A stretch of DNA of 64,000 nucleotides from Malacoraja senta (Eukaryota). The stretch spans positions 16,990,001-17,054,000 of the forward strand of contig CM075987.1 in NCBI GenBank assembly GCA_038087875.1. The letters run 5' to 3'. The first letter of the stretch is position 1, and every line of letters starts with the position of its first letter. Of this stretch, positions 38,190 to 51,099 are shown in pieces. A program made the translations under genes and the position numbers. The notes beneath the pieces were generated by a model. It was not told the DNA's origin and made no database searches. It saw nothing but the letters and a program-made list of their open reading frames with translations.

Positions 38190-39253
38190 AGGTACACAAA
38201 AATGCTGGAGAAACTCAGCGGGTGCAGCAGCATCTATGGAGCGAAGGAAATAGGCAACGTTTCGGGCCGAAACCCTTCTTCAGACCCCCAGGATGCAGAC
38301 TACCCAAGCAGAATATGAGGTACACAAAAATGCTGGAGAAACTCAGCGGGTGCAGCAGCATCTATGGAGCGAAGGAAATAGGTAACGTTTCGGGCCGAAA
38401 CCCTTCTTCAGACTGATAGGGGTTGGGGAGAAGAAAGGAAAAAAGGAAAAGGAGGAGGAGGAGCCCGAGGGCTGGGGGAGGGGAGGAGACAACCAGATGG
38501 CTGATGAAGGGGAGGGGACAGCCAGGGCTAGCAGAATTGGGAGAATTCAACGTTCAGGCCACCAGGATGTAGACTGCCCAAGCGGAATATGAGGTGCATT
38601 TCCTCCAATTTACGGTGTTGCTCGCTGTGGCCATGGAGGAGACCCAGGACAGAGAGGTCAGATACGGAATGGGAGGGGGAGTTGAAGTGCTGAGCCACCG
38701 GGAGTTCAGGTTGGTTATTGCGGACCGACCGGAGGTGTTCGGCGAAACGATCGCCAAGCCTCCGCTTGGTCTCACCGATGTAGATCAGCTGGCATCTAGA
38801 GCAGCGAATGCAATAGATGAGGTTGGAGGAGATGCAGGTGAACCTCTGTCGCACCTGGAATGACTGCTTGGGTCCTGGAATGGAGTGGAGGGGGGAAGTG
38901 AAGGGACAAGTGTTGCATCTCTTGCGGTTGCAAGGGAAAGTACCAGGGGAGGGGGTGGTATGGGAGGGAAGGGAAGAATTGACAAGGGAGTTACGGAGGG
39001 AGCGGTCTTTGCGGAAGGCAGACATAGGGGGAGATGGGAAGATGTGGCGAGTGGTGGGGTCACGTTGGAGGTGGCGAAACTGACGGAGGATCACTTGTTG
39101 TATGTGACGGCTGGTGGGGTGAAAGGTGAGGACTAGGGGGACTCTGCCTTTGTTGTGAGTGGGGGGATGGGGAGAGAGAGCAGTGTTGCGGGGTATGGCA
39201 GAGACCCTGGTGCGAGCCTCATCTATGGTGGAGGAGGGGAATCCAGAATATGA
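38190..39253 (-). mobile_element. Penelope-like element with duplicated terminus and 16-bp TSD
   Basis: ORF 38528-39268 with open GIY-YIG domain; GGTTGTGGGAAGCAAA at 38174-38189 and 39254-39269; terminus repeated at 38192 and 38320. Confidence 0.92.
38381..38415 (-). ncRNA. Minimal type-I hammerhead ribozyme motif (second copy at 38253-38285)
   Basis: Minus strand AGU CUGAAGA A GGGU UUCG GCCC GAAA CG UU ACC: conserved core, helix II with UUCG loop, palindromic AACGUU in place of helix III; helix I is short. Confidence 0.65.
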
Positions 39254-39289
39254 GGTTGTGGGAAGCAAACTTTGGTGGGAAGGGCGGGT

Positions 39290-39700
39290 TCTGTGAGGGG
39301 GCGGTGCCTGTGAGGGGGCGGGGCCTATGAGGACGGTGTCTGTGAGGGCGGGGCCTATGAGGGGCGGGGTCTGAGGGGGCGGGGTCTGAGGGGGCGAGGT
39401 ATGTGAGGGCGGGGTCTGTGAGGGGCGGGCCCTGTGAGGGGGCGAGGTCTGTGAGGGGCGGGGTCTGTGAGGGGCGGGGTCTGAGGGGGCGAGGTATGTG
39501 AGGGCGGGGTCTGTGAGGGGCGGGGTCTGTGAGGGGGCGGGGTCTGAGGGGGCGAGGTATGTGAGGGCGGGGTCTGTGAGGGCGGGGTCTGTGAGGGGGC
39601 GGGGTCTGTGTGCGGGGCCGGACTAATCACGTGATCTACCGGTGTGTGACGCAGGCGGCGCGTGGGCGGGCCGGTTCCCGGCGGTAAAGCCAATTCAAAC
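39290..39700 (+). promoter_or_regulatory. GC-box tandem array and CpG-rich promoter with E-box (host gene 2)
   Basis: Roughly 20 units of about 17 bp (tgtgagggggcggggtc), most containing GGGCGG; ATCACGTGAT 39626-39635; TGACGCA about 39647; candidate donor CG/gtaaag at 39684. Confidence 0.7.
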
Positions 39701-39756
39701 AGCAACGTGCGAGGCGCGGCCGTTACTGGAGAGAGGGAAGGAGAGAGAGATACGGG

Positions 39757-39787
<31 letters not shown>

Positions 39788-40848
39788 ACACAAACAATAG
39801 GAGAAGGAGGGAGAGGGGCGCAGGGGGGAAGGAGGGAGAAACGGGGAAGAGAAGGACTGCGGGAGAGGGAGACGAAGACTGGAGGGCGGACGGGAGTAAG
39901 AGAAGGAGACAGTGAGGGAAGGGGGAGAGGGAGAAGGAGACCGGGAGGGGAGACAAAGCTGAGAGTCTGGGGGAAAGTGGGAGAAAGTCTGGTGAAGAGA
40001 GGGAGTGAGTGTGAAGGGAGAAGACACAGGGAGGCAGTGGGATAAGGGGAAAGCATAGAGGGTGGAATAGTGGAGAGAGGAATATATAGAAGGGAGCATG
40101 GTTTAAAAGGGACATTTGGATGAAGACAGGGTTAACTAGATATAAATAAATTGCCATTTGTCCGAGAAGGTGAGCTGGAGTGGGGAGAGAAAAAGAGTGG
40201 CAGGGTAGAGCCATAAAGGCAGGTTATTATTATAGTGAGTGTGGTAGAACAGAAGGTAGCGAGGAAGACAGAGAGGAGGCATGTGTGGGGGGGAGAGGGT
40301 TAAAGAGAGAGGTGGAGATGGGGGAAGAGGATAGGTAGCAGGGCGTCTGGATATGGGGAAGAAGAAAAGCAGTTAACGGGCTAGGGAGTGAGATCAGGGG
40401 AGTGAGAAAGATCAATAAAGAGAAGCAATACAAATAAAAGACAGGGGCAGACCGGGAGAAATAATGTAACAGAGCCAAAGGGAAGTGTGAGGGAGGGAGG
40501 GAGGCAGAGTGTGAGGGTGGAAGAGAATGGCCTGAGGGTAAAGCAAGGGCATCCAAGTTGGAAGAAGATAGAAATGTAAAGGGTGAGGGGAGGCAGGTTA
40601 ATCGGGGCGTGTTTGAGTTAAATACTATGCAGCAGATCGTAAGGAGGAAAGTGATAGATAGGGGCATTGACAAAGGACTCAGATGAAACTGAACCAGCAG
40701 ATGAGAAAATATGAACGCACTGCAAAAGAGCAAAGTGGAATCAAGGCAGGGTGACAGCTAAATAATAACTGGAAAAAGGAAACTGCAAGGAGAGAAAATA
40801 GTTGCCTGAGAAGATTCAGACAGTTTCAGGTTCTCGTAACAGTTTCAA

Positions 40849-41065
40849 ATGTTGATTAGAGGTGTAATTGTGATTTTAGGGATTTGGTCCCATATTGCAA
40901 TTTCATCACCTCTAACTAAAGAGACAGCTGTTGATGCTCCATTTATAAATCAAAAGAAAGTATTTAAAGGTGTGTCAGATCCAAAAAAAATAACAAAGGA
41001 ATTCCCAGGAACTCGGTTGTTCCCTGATCTTCACCCTTACCAAAATGGATTTCGGGCACAAACAG
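40849..41065 (+). CDS. Host gene 2 first coding exon; secreted or membrane protein with signal peptide
   Basis: tcaaATG; MLIRGVIVILGIWSHIAISS (hydrophobic leader with small residues at the cleavage site) then 50 aa of non-repetitive sequence; donor CAG/gtaaaa, phase 1. Confidence 0.72.
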
Positions 41066-41944
41066 GTAAAAAGGAATAATCTATAGCTTTTGTGTAGCAA
41101 TTTTGAGATAATTAATGAGTAAATTAAGCCAAGTTAATTTACAGTGTGAGAAATGGTGCAGTTGTTCCATGGGTCATTGGGAAGAAGGATAAAGAGATAT
41201 TCCTGAAATGTGTACGGGTAAACTTGCTTGATGGAATGGCAGATAGATTCCAGGGATCTGTGGAATGAAGTCGATAAGAACCATGTCTTAATGGGGGAGC
41301 TTCAAGGATTCATGATAAAAAACAATTATGTTTAGTTTGCGAATCAAAACTTTTAATGTGTCATTTAAATGTGAGTCTGTAGAATTCTCTGCCTCAGAAG
41401 GCGGTGGAGGCCGGTTTCAAGAGAGAGCTAGATAGGGCTCTTAAAGATAGCGGCGTCAGGGGATAAGGGAGAAGGCAGGAACGGGGTACTGATTGGGGAT
41501 GATCAGCCGTGATCACATTGAATGGCTCGAAGGGCCGACTGGCCTACTCCTGCACCTATTGTCTAATACATAGCTGGACAACTCTTTTCTGAACAGACAG
41601 GGAATAGAGCAATGTTAGGGAAGACTGCTACCAGAGAGGAGCCAACACTTTTGGTAGATGAGACTGGGCAAGTAGTTGATGTGTCAGTGGGAGGTCACTT
41701 TGACCAGTGTCCATAATTCCATTAGTTTCAAGATAATCATGAAAGAAGATAGGACCTTCACAGTGAACATTGGGGCCCTGGGGAGTGAGGTCGAGTAGAG
41801 GGATCTAGAAGTACAGGTACATAGTTTCCTGAGAGTGACGTCATGGGTTGGATAGGGTCGTCGGTAAGGCTTTCAGTACATTGGCCTTCATCAGTCAGGG
41901 TATTGGGTATAGAGCTCAGGATATTATGTTACAAGACATTATCG

Positions 41945-42020
41945 AGGTCACAGGGAGAACGTGCAAACTCCTTACAGACAGCACCAGCAGTCACGCTCTA
42001 CCGCTGCACCACTGTGCCAC
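41945..42020 (-). mobile_element. tRNA-derived SINE fragment (HE1/V-SINE-like); a related piece lies at about 17640-17800
   Basis: Minus strand ggcacagtggtgcagcggtagag (A-box-like) and gtttgcacgttctccctgtgacc core. Confidence 0.65.
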
Positions 42021-42699
42021 TTTGAAGAGAGATTGTAGGGAACTAGGAAAGAGATTAAAAGGGTCACTTCAAAAACTGTAATCTGTGGTTTACTGCTGTT
42101 TTGATACCTCAGAGAACATAGAAATAGGACAGTGCAAATCATTAAAAGGCCGAAGAGTAGGTGCAAGATTTGCTTTGTATTCCTGAGCTGTTAGAAGTGA
42201 TGGCAAAACTGGGGCCATCTTTTCCCAAGACACACGAGAGAATGATTCAAGCCATCCAGACCCTGTGGATAGTGATCTCTGGATGAGGTATGGAAGGTGA
42301 TGAAAAGAAGTTCAGTGGATAGAATGAGCAGGGAGCAAGGGACTGTTTGATCAAATTCCATTTATTTTAATGCCAGAGCATAATGGAAAAGGTGGACGAA
42401 CTTGGGGTTGTGGAGAGATAAAGCGACTGGGAAGTGGCAATTTGCCTAAGAGAGGGACAGGACTGGCAGTTTAATGTTCCAGGGTACAGGTGCTGCGGGA
42501 GAGATAGAGGTGGGGGGAAAAATGGTCTCGACCCGAAACGTCACCCGATCCTTACTCCAGCTTTTTGTGAAAAATCTTTGGGGGGGGGGAAAAGAGAAGG
42601 TGTTTCTTGATTGAGGAGAATGTCATGGCAGTAGTCTGAGATAACATCACTGATGATTTGTCTGATGAGGCTATATGGGTGATCACCTTGTAGAAACAA

Positions 42700-44850
42700 A
42701 CAACTGCACATGCTAGTTTACAAAAAAAGACACAGCATGCTGGAGTAACTCAGAGGGCAAGCAAATTCCCTGGAGAATATGGGTTGGTGGCAGCGACGTT
42801 TCAGATTGGTATCCTCCTTCAGATTGTTTGTAGGGTGAGGGGGGAGAAAGCTGGGAGTGAGGAGAGGCAACAACAAGCAAGGGGGAGGGGGGGTTGATAG
42901 TTGAAACAGACAAAGCAGAAGGTGAGAGACAGGCTGATGGAAGCGTTGCGAATTGTGAAGTCAGGAAGGAATGGAGGGGGAGGGGAGAAATAGGTGCAAG
43001 TCCAGGTGGAGCATGGGAGGGGAGGGTGCGGGGGGGGGGGTGGTGGTGAAAGGTGGGTGGGGGGTTGTTATGGGTTGCCTATAATTGGAGGTGAGGGAGG
43101 AGGTGTAGGGACAGGTTCCATCTCCTGCAGTTGCAGAGGAAAGGAGTGGAGATAGGAAGATGGAACTGGTGGGAGGGATCACTTTGGAGGTGACAGAAAT
43201 GTCGGATGATGATGTGTTGAATACGGAGGCTGGTGGTGTGAGAGGCGTTCACCAGGGGAGGGAACTCCATCCTCCTTCCGTCTGGGCAGAGGGGGAGCGA
43301 GGGTACAGAGAAGACATGGGCGAGGGATCCATTTATGGCAGCAGGGGGAAACTACTTTTACAAAAGAAATTACATCTCGCATGTCCAAATTGGGAAACTC
43401 ATCTTGGGAGCAGATGTGGCAGAGATAATAGACAATAGGTGCAGGAGTAGGCCATTCGGCCCTTCGAGCTAGCACCACCATTCAATGTGATCATGGCTGA
43501 TCATCCCCAATCAGTACCCCGTTCCTGCCTTCTCCCCATATCCCCTGACTCCGCTATTTTTAAGAGCCCTATCTAGCTCTCTCTTGAAAGCATCCAGAGA
43601 ACCGGCCTCCACCGCCCTCTGAGGCAGAAAATTCCACAGACTCACAACTCTCTGTGAGAAAAAGTGTTTCCTCGTCTCCGTTCTAAATGGCTTACTCCTT
43701 ATTCTTAAACTGTGGCCCCTGGTTCTGGACTACCCCAACATCGGGAACATGTTTCCTGCCTCTAGCGTGTCCAAGCCCTTAACAATTTTATATGTTTCAC
43801 TGAGATCCCCACTCATCCTTCTAAACTCCAGAGTGTACAAGCCCAGCTGCTCCATTCTCTCAGCATATGACAGTCCCGCCATCCCGGGAATTAACCCTGT
43901 AAACCTACGCTGCACTCAATAGCAAGAATGTCCTTCCTCAAATTAGGGGACCAAAACTGTACACAATACTCCAGGTGTGGTCTCACTAGGGCTCTGTACA
44001 ACTGCAGAAGGACCTCTTTGCTCCTATATTCGATTCCTCTTGTTATAAAGGCCAACATGCCATTCGCTTTCTTCACTGCCTGCTGTACCTGCATGCTTAC
44101 TTTCATAAACTGATGTACAAGGACCCCCAGATCCCGTTGTACTTCACCTTTTCCCAACTTGATGCCGTTTAGATAGTAATCTGCCTTCCTGTTTTTGCTA
44201 CCAAAGTGGATAACCTCACATATATCCGCATTAACTTCATCTGCCCACTCCCCCCAACCTGTCCAAGTCACCCTACATTCTCATAGCATCCTCCTCACAG
44301 TTCACACTGCCACCCAGCTTTGTGTCATTTGCAAATTTGCTAATGTTACTTTGAATCCCTTCATCCAAATCATTGATGCATATTGTAATTGAGTAATTGA
44401 GAGTCTTTGCAAGTCTAGGATTGAGAGGGATAGTGTTTTTGCAAGAGGCAGGGGGGGGGGAGGCAGTGAAATTCAGATAACTGGGCCGGTAGGTTTGTGG
44501 TAGACTCAATAATCTGTCTCCGGTGATGGAGACAGAGAGATCAAGAAAGAAAGTGAGGTGTCAGAGATGATCCAGTTAAATTTGAGGGCAGGTGGAAGTA
44601 GTGGTGAAGTAATGAAATCCACGCCTTCTGCACGGGTGCAGGAGGCAGCCCCGATGCAGTCGTCAGTATAGCAGAGAAAGAGTTGGGGGATAGGGCCAGT
44701 GTACATGTGAAACAAGTACTGTTTGACATAATCGACAATAAGGCAGGCCATGTGAGGGCCCATGGCTACTTGGAGAGTATGAGAGGTGTCAGAAGCTGAT
44801 GAGGGTGAGTTCCGTCAGGCAGAGGAGGTGTTAGTGGAGGGAAATTGGTT
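42700..44850 (-). mobile_element. Old Penelope-like element interrupted by a CR1 copy (about 43425-44390)
   Basis: RT motifs MGPHMACL and LFLCYTDDCIGAAS (44506-44763), IQHIIIRHFCHLQSDP, terminal repeat at about 42700-42825; CR1 with gacaatag tail inside. Confidence 0.75.
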
Positions 44851-45484
44851 GTGAGATCACCTTGTTGAGAGCGTACTATCGAGTGGATCCATTCCCATAG
44901 GCGACATCTGAGGCGGACATTGCGGGCGGGTATCTCGGATCCCTGGTGGGTTGTCTAGGTCTAGGCAGATCCTTCCTGTACCGTTGGACTCCTCTCGGAC
45001 ACCTGCAAAGCCACACACCCTGACACATTTTTGGCAGATTCGGCAAAACTCGGGTCAGCCTGGTAGTTGTGCCGGGAAAGCGGCCCCTTGGGCCCACCGG
45101 TAGCTGCCAATCCAACCCTCGTTGGAAATTCTCAGGGCAACTCACTAACTGGCACCTGGGCTGCCCATGCAAGAAATGCAAGTTTAGCTGTAAAATTCAT
45201 TTTCATCTAATATTTGTTTTATTTAATTTTTCTAGCGGTTCGTGGTGCTTTAGAGACATGGGAGGGGTATAATTAATCGGTCAGAGGTGTGTTGTTGTAT
45301 CATTATTACCTGACCTCTGTTGGTCCAGCAAAATGGTGGAGGCTGCACATTGGCAGCCTGTGACTAGTGGTGTGCTGCACAGTTTGGGCTTTTAAACTTA
45401 TTCATTCATCTGAATAAACATTAATTAATTAAGTAAATCATTCAGTCTTCATTTATATTCGTGAGTTAGATGACAATGTAGATA

Positions 45485-47460
45485 GATACATAGACAATAG
45501 GTGCAGGAGTAAGCCATATGGCCCTTTGAGCCAGCACCGCCATTCATTATGATCGTGGCTGATCATCCACAATCAGTAACCCGTACCTGCCTTCTCCCAT
45601 ATCCCATGATTCCGCTAGCCCCTACAGTTCTGTCTAACTTTTTTTTAATTCATCTAGTGAATCGACCTCCACTGCCTTCTGTGGCAGAGAATTCCACAGA
45701 TTCACAACTGTCTTGGTGAAAAAGTTTTTTCTCATCTCAGTTTTAAATGGACGACCTCTTATTCTTAGACTGTGGCCTCTGGTTCTGGACTCCCCCAACA
45801 TTGGGAACATTTTTCCTGCATCTAGCTTGTCCAGTCCTTTTATAATTGTATATGTTTCTATAAGATACCCTCTCATCCTTCTAAAATCCAGTGAATACAA
45901 GCCCAGTCTTTCCAATCTTTCCTCTTATGACAGTCCCGCCATCCTGGGGATTAACCTCGTGAACCTACGCTGCACTGCCTCAAATTAGGAGACCAAAACT
46001 GCACACAATACTCCAGATGTGGTCTCACCAGAGCCCTATACAACTGCAGAAGGACCTCTTTACTCCTATACTCAAATCCTCTCGTTTTGAAGGCCAACAT
46101 GCCATTAGCTTTCTTCACTGCCTGCTGTATCTGCATGTTTACTTTCAGTGACTGGTGTACAAGGACACCCACGTCTCGTCGTACTTCCCTTTTTCCTAAT
46201 CTGACACCATTGAGAATAATGGAGTAACTCAGCAGTTGAGGCAGCATCTATGGAGAGATAAATGGGCAACGTTTCGGGTCGAGACCCTTCTTCAGACTCT
46301 TGAGTCTGAGTCTGAAGAAGGGTCTCGACCCAAATGTCGCCCATTCCTTCTATCCATAGATCCTGCCTCACCCGCTGAGTTACTCCAGCATTTTGTGTCT
46401 ACCTTTGATTTTACCAGCATCTGCAATTCTTTCTTACACTATTGAGATAATAATTTGCCTCTTTGTTCTTGCCGCCAAAGTGGATAACCTCACATTTATC
46501 TGCATTATACTGCATCTGCCATGCATCTGCCCACTCATTCAACCTGTCCAAGTCACCCTGCAACCTCCTTGCATCCTCTTCGCAGTTCACACTTCCACCC
46601 AGCTTTGTGTCATCTGCAAATTTGCTAGTGTTACTTTTATTCCCATCATCTAAATCATTAATGTATATTGTAAATAGTTGCGTCCCCAGCACTGAGCCTT
46701 GTGGCACTCCACTCGCCACTGCCTGCCATTCTGACAGGGACCCGTTTATTCCTACTCTGTTTCCTGTCTGCCAACCAATTCTCTATCCATGTCAATACCC
46801 TACCTCCAATACCATGTGCTCTAATTTTGCCCACTAATCGAACACTAATTTATGAACAACTAATGATGAACAGATAAGGTCCCATGCAGGAGATTAGTGG
46901 GCAAAATTAGTGGGTCCTACTGCAGTTCCTAATTCAAGGAAGGACATTCTTGCTCTTGAGGGAGTGCAGTGTAGGTTCACCAGCTTAATTCCCGAGATGG
47001 CAGGATTCTCACATGTGATGAAAGAATGGATCGACTGGACTTATATTCACTGGAATTTAGAAGGATGAGGGGGGATCTTATGCAAACATATAAATTTGTG
47101 TGGGATTGGACAGGCCAGATAGAGGAAAGATGTTCCCGATGTTGGGGGAGTCCAGAACCAGGGGTGGCAGTTTAAGAATAAGGAGGAGGGTCATTTAGGA
47201 CTGAGATGAGGAAAAACCTTTTCACCCAGAGAGTTGTGAATCTGTGGAATTCTCTGCCATAGAAGGCAATGGAGGCAAATTCACTGGATGTATTCAAGAG
47301 AGAGTTAGATAGAGCTCTTAGGGCTAACGAAATCAAGGGATATGGGAGAAAAAGGAATGGGGTACTGGTTGTGGATGATCAGCCATGATCATATTGAATG
47401 GCGGTGCTGGCTTGAAGGGCCGAATGACCTACTCCTGCACCTATTTTCTATGTTTCTATG
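45485..47460. mobile_element. CR1 copies (- strand 45485-46837, + strand 46920-47460)
   Basis: VPQGSVLG, KFADDTKL, RPHLEYC; catagaca and tttctatg tails. Confidence 0.88.
46216..46435. mobile_element. Fold-back mini-element made of two inverted Penelope termini, 12-bp TSD
   Basis: Arms 46220-46299 and 46308-46388; ACACCATTGAGA 46204-46215 / ACACTATTGAGA 46436-46447; splits a CR1. Confidence 0.85.
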
Positions 47461-47499
47461 GTGTTACACCTACAGAGAAAGAGCAGAGAAATAAAGTGC

Positions 47500-48095
47500 A
47501 AAAGCTGCAGTGAGGTAGATTGGAAGATCAGCAATTCATCCTTCGCATATGAGAGTCTGATAACAGTGGGGAAGAAGCTGTCCTTGAATCTGGTGGGGAA
47601 CATGCTTTCCAGCTTCTGTATCTACCCAACAGGAGAGTGTAGAAAAGGGGATGACTGGGGAGAAAACAGTCCTTGTTGGCTGCTTTCTCGGGGCAGCGTG
47701 CAATGTATGTGGACTCGATGGTGGGTGACGGTGGTCTGAGTGATTGACTGGGCTGCTTTCACAACTCTGCAGTTTCCTGTGGTCTTGGGCAGAGTTGTTG
47801 CCAAATAAAAGCCCTGTCCCACGGTACGAGTTCATTCCAAGAGCTCTCCCGAGTTTGCCCTGATTCGAACTCGGAGATTTACGGTAATGGCCACTCGTCG
47901 GTACTCGGGGCTCTCGTGGACATTTTTCAACATGTTGAAAAATCTTCACGAGTCTTCCCGTGCTTCCCTGCCATTAGCGAGTCTTCCCGAGAACCTGCCG
48001 TTAGCTAAGAGACGTCCCCGAGCTCCGACGTAACCGCTACATTCATTATCCGTGCCTACCACGAGTTTGATTTTTTGTTTAAACTCGGGATAACG
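47500..48095. mobile_element. Rex/Babar-like remnant (-) followed by a probable non-autonomous DNA-transposon fragment starting gccctgtcccac (47811)
   Basis: SAQDHRKLQ... peptide; CpG-rich block with internal inverted ctcggg/cccgag motifs. Confidence 0.5.
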
Positions 48096-48099
48096 CACT

Positions 48100-49205
48100 T
48101 GATAAAATAGGCTGAAGTCAGCGTGGTTTCGTGAAGAGGAGATCTTGCCTGACAAATCTGTTGGAATTCTTTGAAAAAGTAAATAGCAGGATAGACAAAG
48201 GAGAGTGAGTGGATGTGGTTTACCTGGATATTCAGAAGACCTTTAATAAGGTGCTCCACCTGAGTCAGCTAAACAAGATGAGAGCCCATGGTATTGGAGG
48301 GCAGATACTAGCATGGATAGCAGGTTGGCTGGATGGCAGAAAGCAAAGAGTGGCAATAAAGGGGGCATTTTCTGGTTAGCTGTCAGTGACGAGCGGTGTT
48401 CCACAAGGGTCAATGCTGGGGCCGCTACTCTTCACGTTTTTGGACAATTTGCAGATGCTACGAAGATAGGTGGTGGGGCAGGTAGTGTAGAGAAAGAAGG
48501 GACTCTGCAGAAGGACTTGGACAGGTTGGGAGAGTGGGCAGAGAAGTGGCAGATGGAATATAGTGTGGCAAAGTGTGGAGTCATGCGTTTTGGCAGTAGG
48601 AATCAAGGAGTAGACTATTTTCTAAATGGGGAAAGAATTCAGAAATCGGTGGTGCAAAGGGACTCAGGATTACTGGTGCAGGATTCTCAAGAGATTCATT
48701 TAAAAGTTAAATCGGTAGTGAGGAAGGCAAATGCAATGACAGCATTTATTTCAAGAGGACTAGAATATAAAAACAGGGATGTAATGCTGAGGTGTGATAA
48801 GGTGCTGGTCAGACTGCAGTTTTGGGCCTCATATCTGAGGAAGGATGTGCTGGAGTTGGAGAGGGTCCAGAGGAGGTTTACGAGAATGATCCCAGGAATG
48901 AATGGGTTTACATATGATGAGCGTTTGACAGCACTGGGCCTGTACTTGTTCTACGAGTTTAGAAGGATGAGGGGGACCTCATTGAAACTTACCAAATAGT
49001 GAAAGACCTGGATTAAGTGGATGTGGAGAGGATATTTCCACTTGTGGGAGAGTCCAGGACCAGAGCGCGCTGCTTCACAATAAAAGAACACATTTTTAGA
49101 AAGGAAATTAGGAATTTTTTTAGTCATTGGGTGGTGAATTTGTGGAGATTGACAGATTCCTGATTAATAAGGGTGTCAAAGGTTACAGGAAGAAGGCAGA
49201 AGAAT
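48100..49205 (+). mobile_element. CR1 3' copy, 3' UTR resumes at 51100
   Basis: [25 protein letters not shown]. Confidence 0.85.
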
Positions 49206-51099
49206 TTATTTATTTATTTATTTATTTATTCCGAACAAGTAAAGACATTAAAGACATTGATATTAACAAAATCGAAATTATCAAACAATTGAACATTGCA
49301 ATCAACATTTACAAATGAGAAGAACAAAATCAAGGTTCCAATGTCCAACTCAGAGTCTGTACAAGCTCGAAAAGGAGTGAGAAGAAGAATAACTTATTAA
49401 ATCTCACCCCTTTTCCCACACTTCTATCGTATTTAAAAATCAATTCCTTACTAATAATAGTACTGCCCTAGGCAATTTCCCATAATACATACAGACACAT
49501 ATATACATACAACTATTATGTACATACAATCTTCATATTTGAAGTACCCAACATCAGTGAACAATAGTAAACAAGATAAACATCAACAATAGTAACAAGA
49601 TAAACATCAACGATTGTAAACAAGATAAACATCAACCCCCACATGTCAACCATCCCCTCCATCCCTGTACCCCTTGAGCATTATTTTTTTATATATCATT
49701 TTAAAATGATTCATGTTTGTGCATTGCTTCAATTCCCCGTTCAATTTATTCCACACTCCTACTCCACAAACCGAAATACAAAAGGTTTTTCTAGTCGTAC
49801 GGACTTTTTGTTTCTTAAAGTTAAATATTCCTCTTAAATTGTAACCCCCCCACACGCTCGTTAAATAATTTTTGAATGTTTCCAGGTAAATTTTTATTTT
49901 TGGCCCTAAACATTATCTGAGCTGTTTTGAATGTGACCAAATCTTCTAATTTTAATAATTTTGACTCTAAAAATAATGGATTCGTATGACCCAGATACTT
50001 AGCATTATGGATAATATGAATTGCTCTTTTTTGCATCATGGTTAATGAGTGTATCGAATTTTTATAATTATTTCCCCAGACTTCTGTACAATAATTTAAG
50101 TAGGGTAAAATTAATGTACAATAAAGAATACGGAGTGATTTGTAATCCAGAGCTTGCTTGGCTTTGTATAATACAGAGATACTTTTTGATAATTTTAATT
50201 TTACATGTTTAATATGTGATTTCCAGCTTATTTTATCGTCAATTATAACCCCAAGAAATTTATTTTCATGCACTCTTTCAACTTCCACCCCATTTATCTT
50301 TATACTTACTAGGGGACTTATTCTACAATTACCAAATAACATTATTTTAGTTTTACTCAGATTTAATGAAATTTTATTACTATCAAACCATATTTTCAAT
50401 TTACCCATTTCTTTTATTATTTTATCCAATAGCCTTTTTAAATTTTCCCCAGAACAAAAAATATTTGTATCATCTGCAAACAAAACCAGCCTCAAGACAT
50501 TGGACACATTACAAATATCATTTATGTACATGATAAATAATTTTGGGCCCAGCACTGACCCCTGTGGTACACCACACACAATGTCCAAACATGTAGAATT
50601 ATGACTACCCAGATTTACAAACTGTTGCCTGTTACTTAAGTAGCTTTTAATCCAGTCCAGTACTATTCCACTAATTCCATACCTCTCCAATTTTTTAAAT
50701 AAAATATCATGATTAATTGTATCAAATGCTTTTTTTATGTCAATGAATATCCCAGCTGCATATAATTTCTTATCAATGGCGTTTGTGATGTCTTCAATTA
50801 ATTCTAGTATTGCAAGTGATGTTGATCTATTTGTTCTGAATCCATATTGACTTTCTGTTAATAATTTATTATTTTCTACAAATTTGTCTAGTCTATTATT
50901 AAACATTTTTTCTAATATTTTGGAAAATTGTGGGAGTAAGGAAACAGGTCTGTAGTTTGTAAAATGATGCTTGTTCCCTGTTTTGTATATTGGTATTATT
51001 TTTGCTATTTTCATTTGAATTGGAAAAGTACCGGTCTGGAAGGATAAATTACAGATGAATGTTAAAGGTTTGGAGATCCCCTCAATGACCATCTTAACT
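49206..51099 (-). mobile_element. Crack/Daphne-like (L2 group) LINE, 5'-truncated, RT nearly intact
   Basis: NYRPVSLLP, QYGFR, IDIKKAFD, VPQGSVLGP, LFADDT; one frameshift near 49850, stop at 49646; (AAAT)n tail 49206-49230; AGAAT duplicated at 49201-49205 and 51100-51104. Confidence 0.85.

Noticed and set aside
39355..40733. Pro-rich minus-strand ORFs
   Set aside because: Derived from the GC-box array and a purine-rich intron-like stretch
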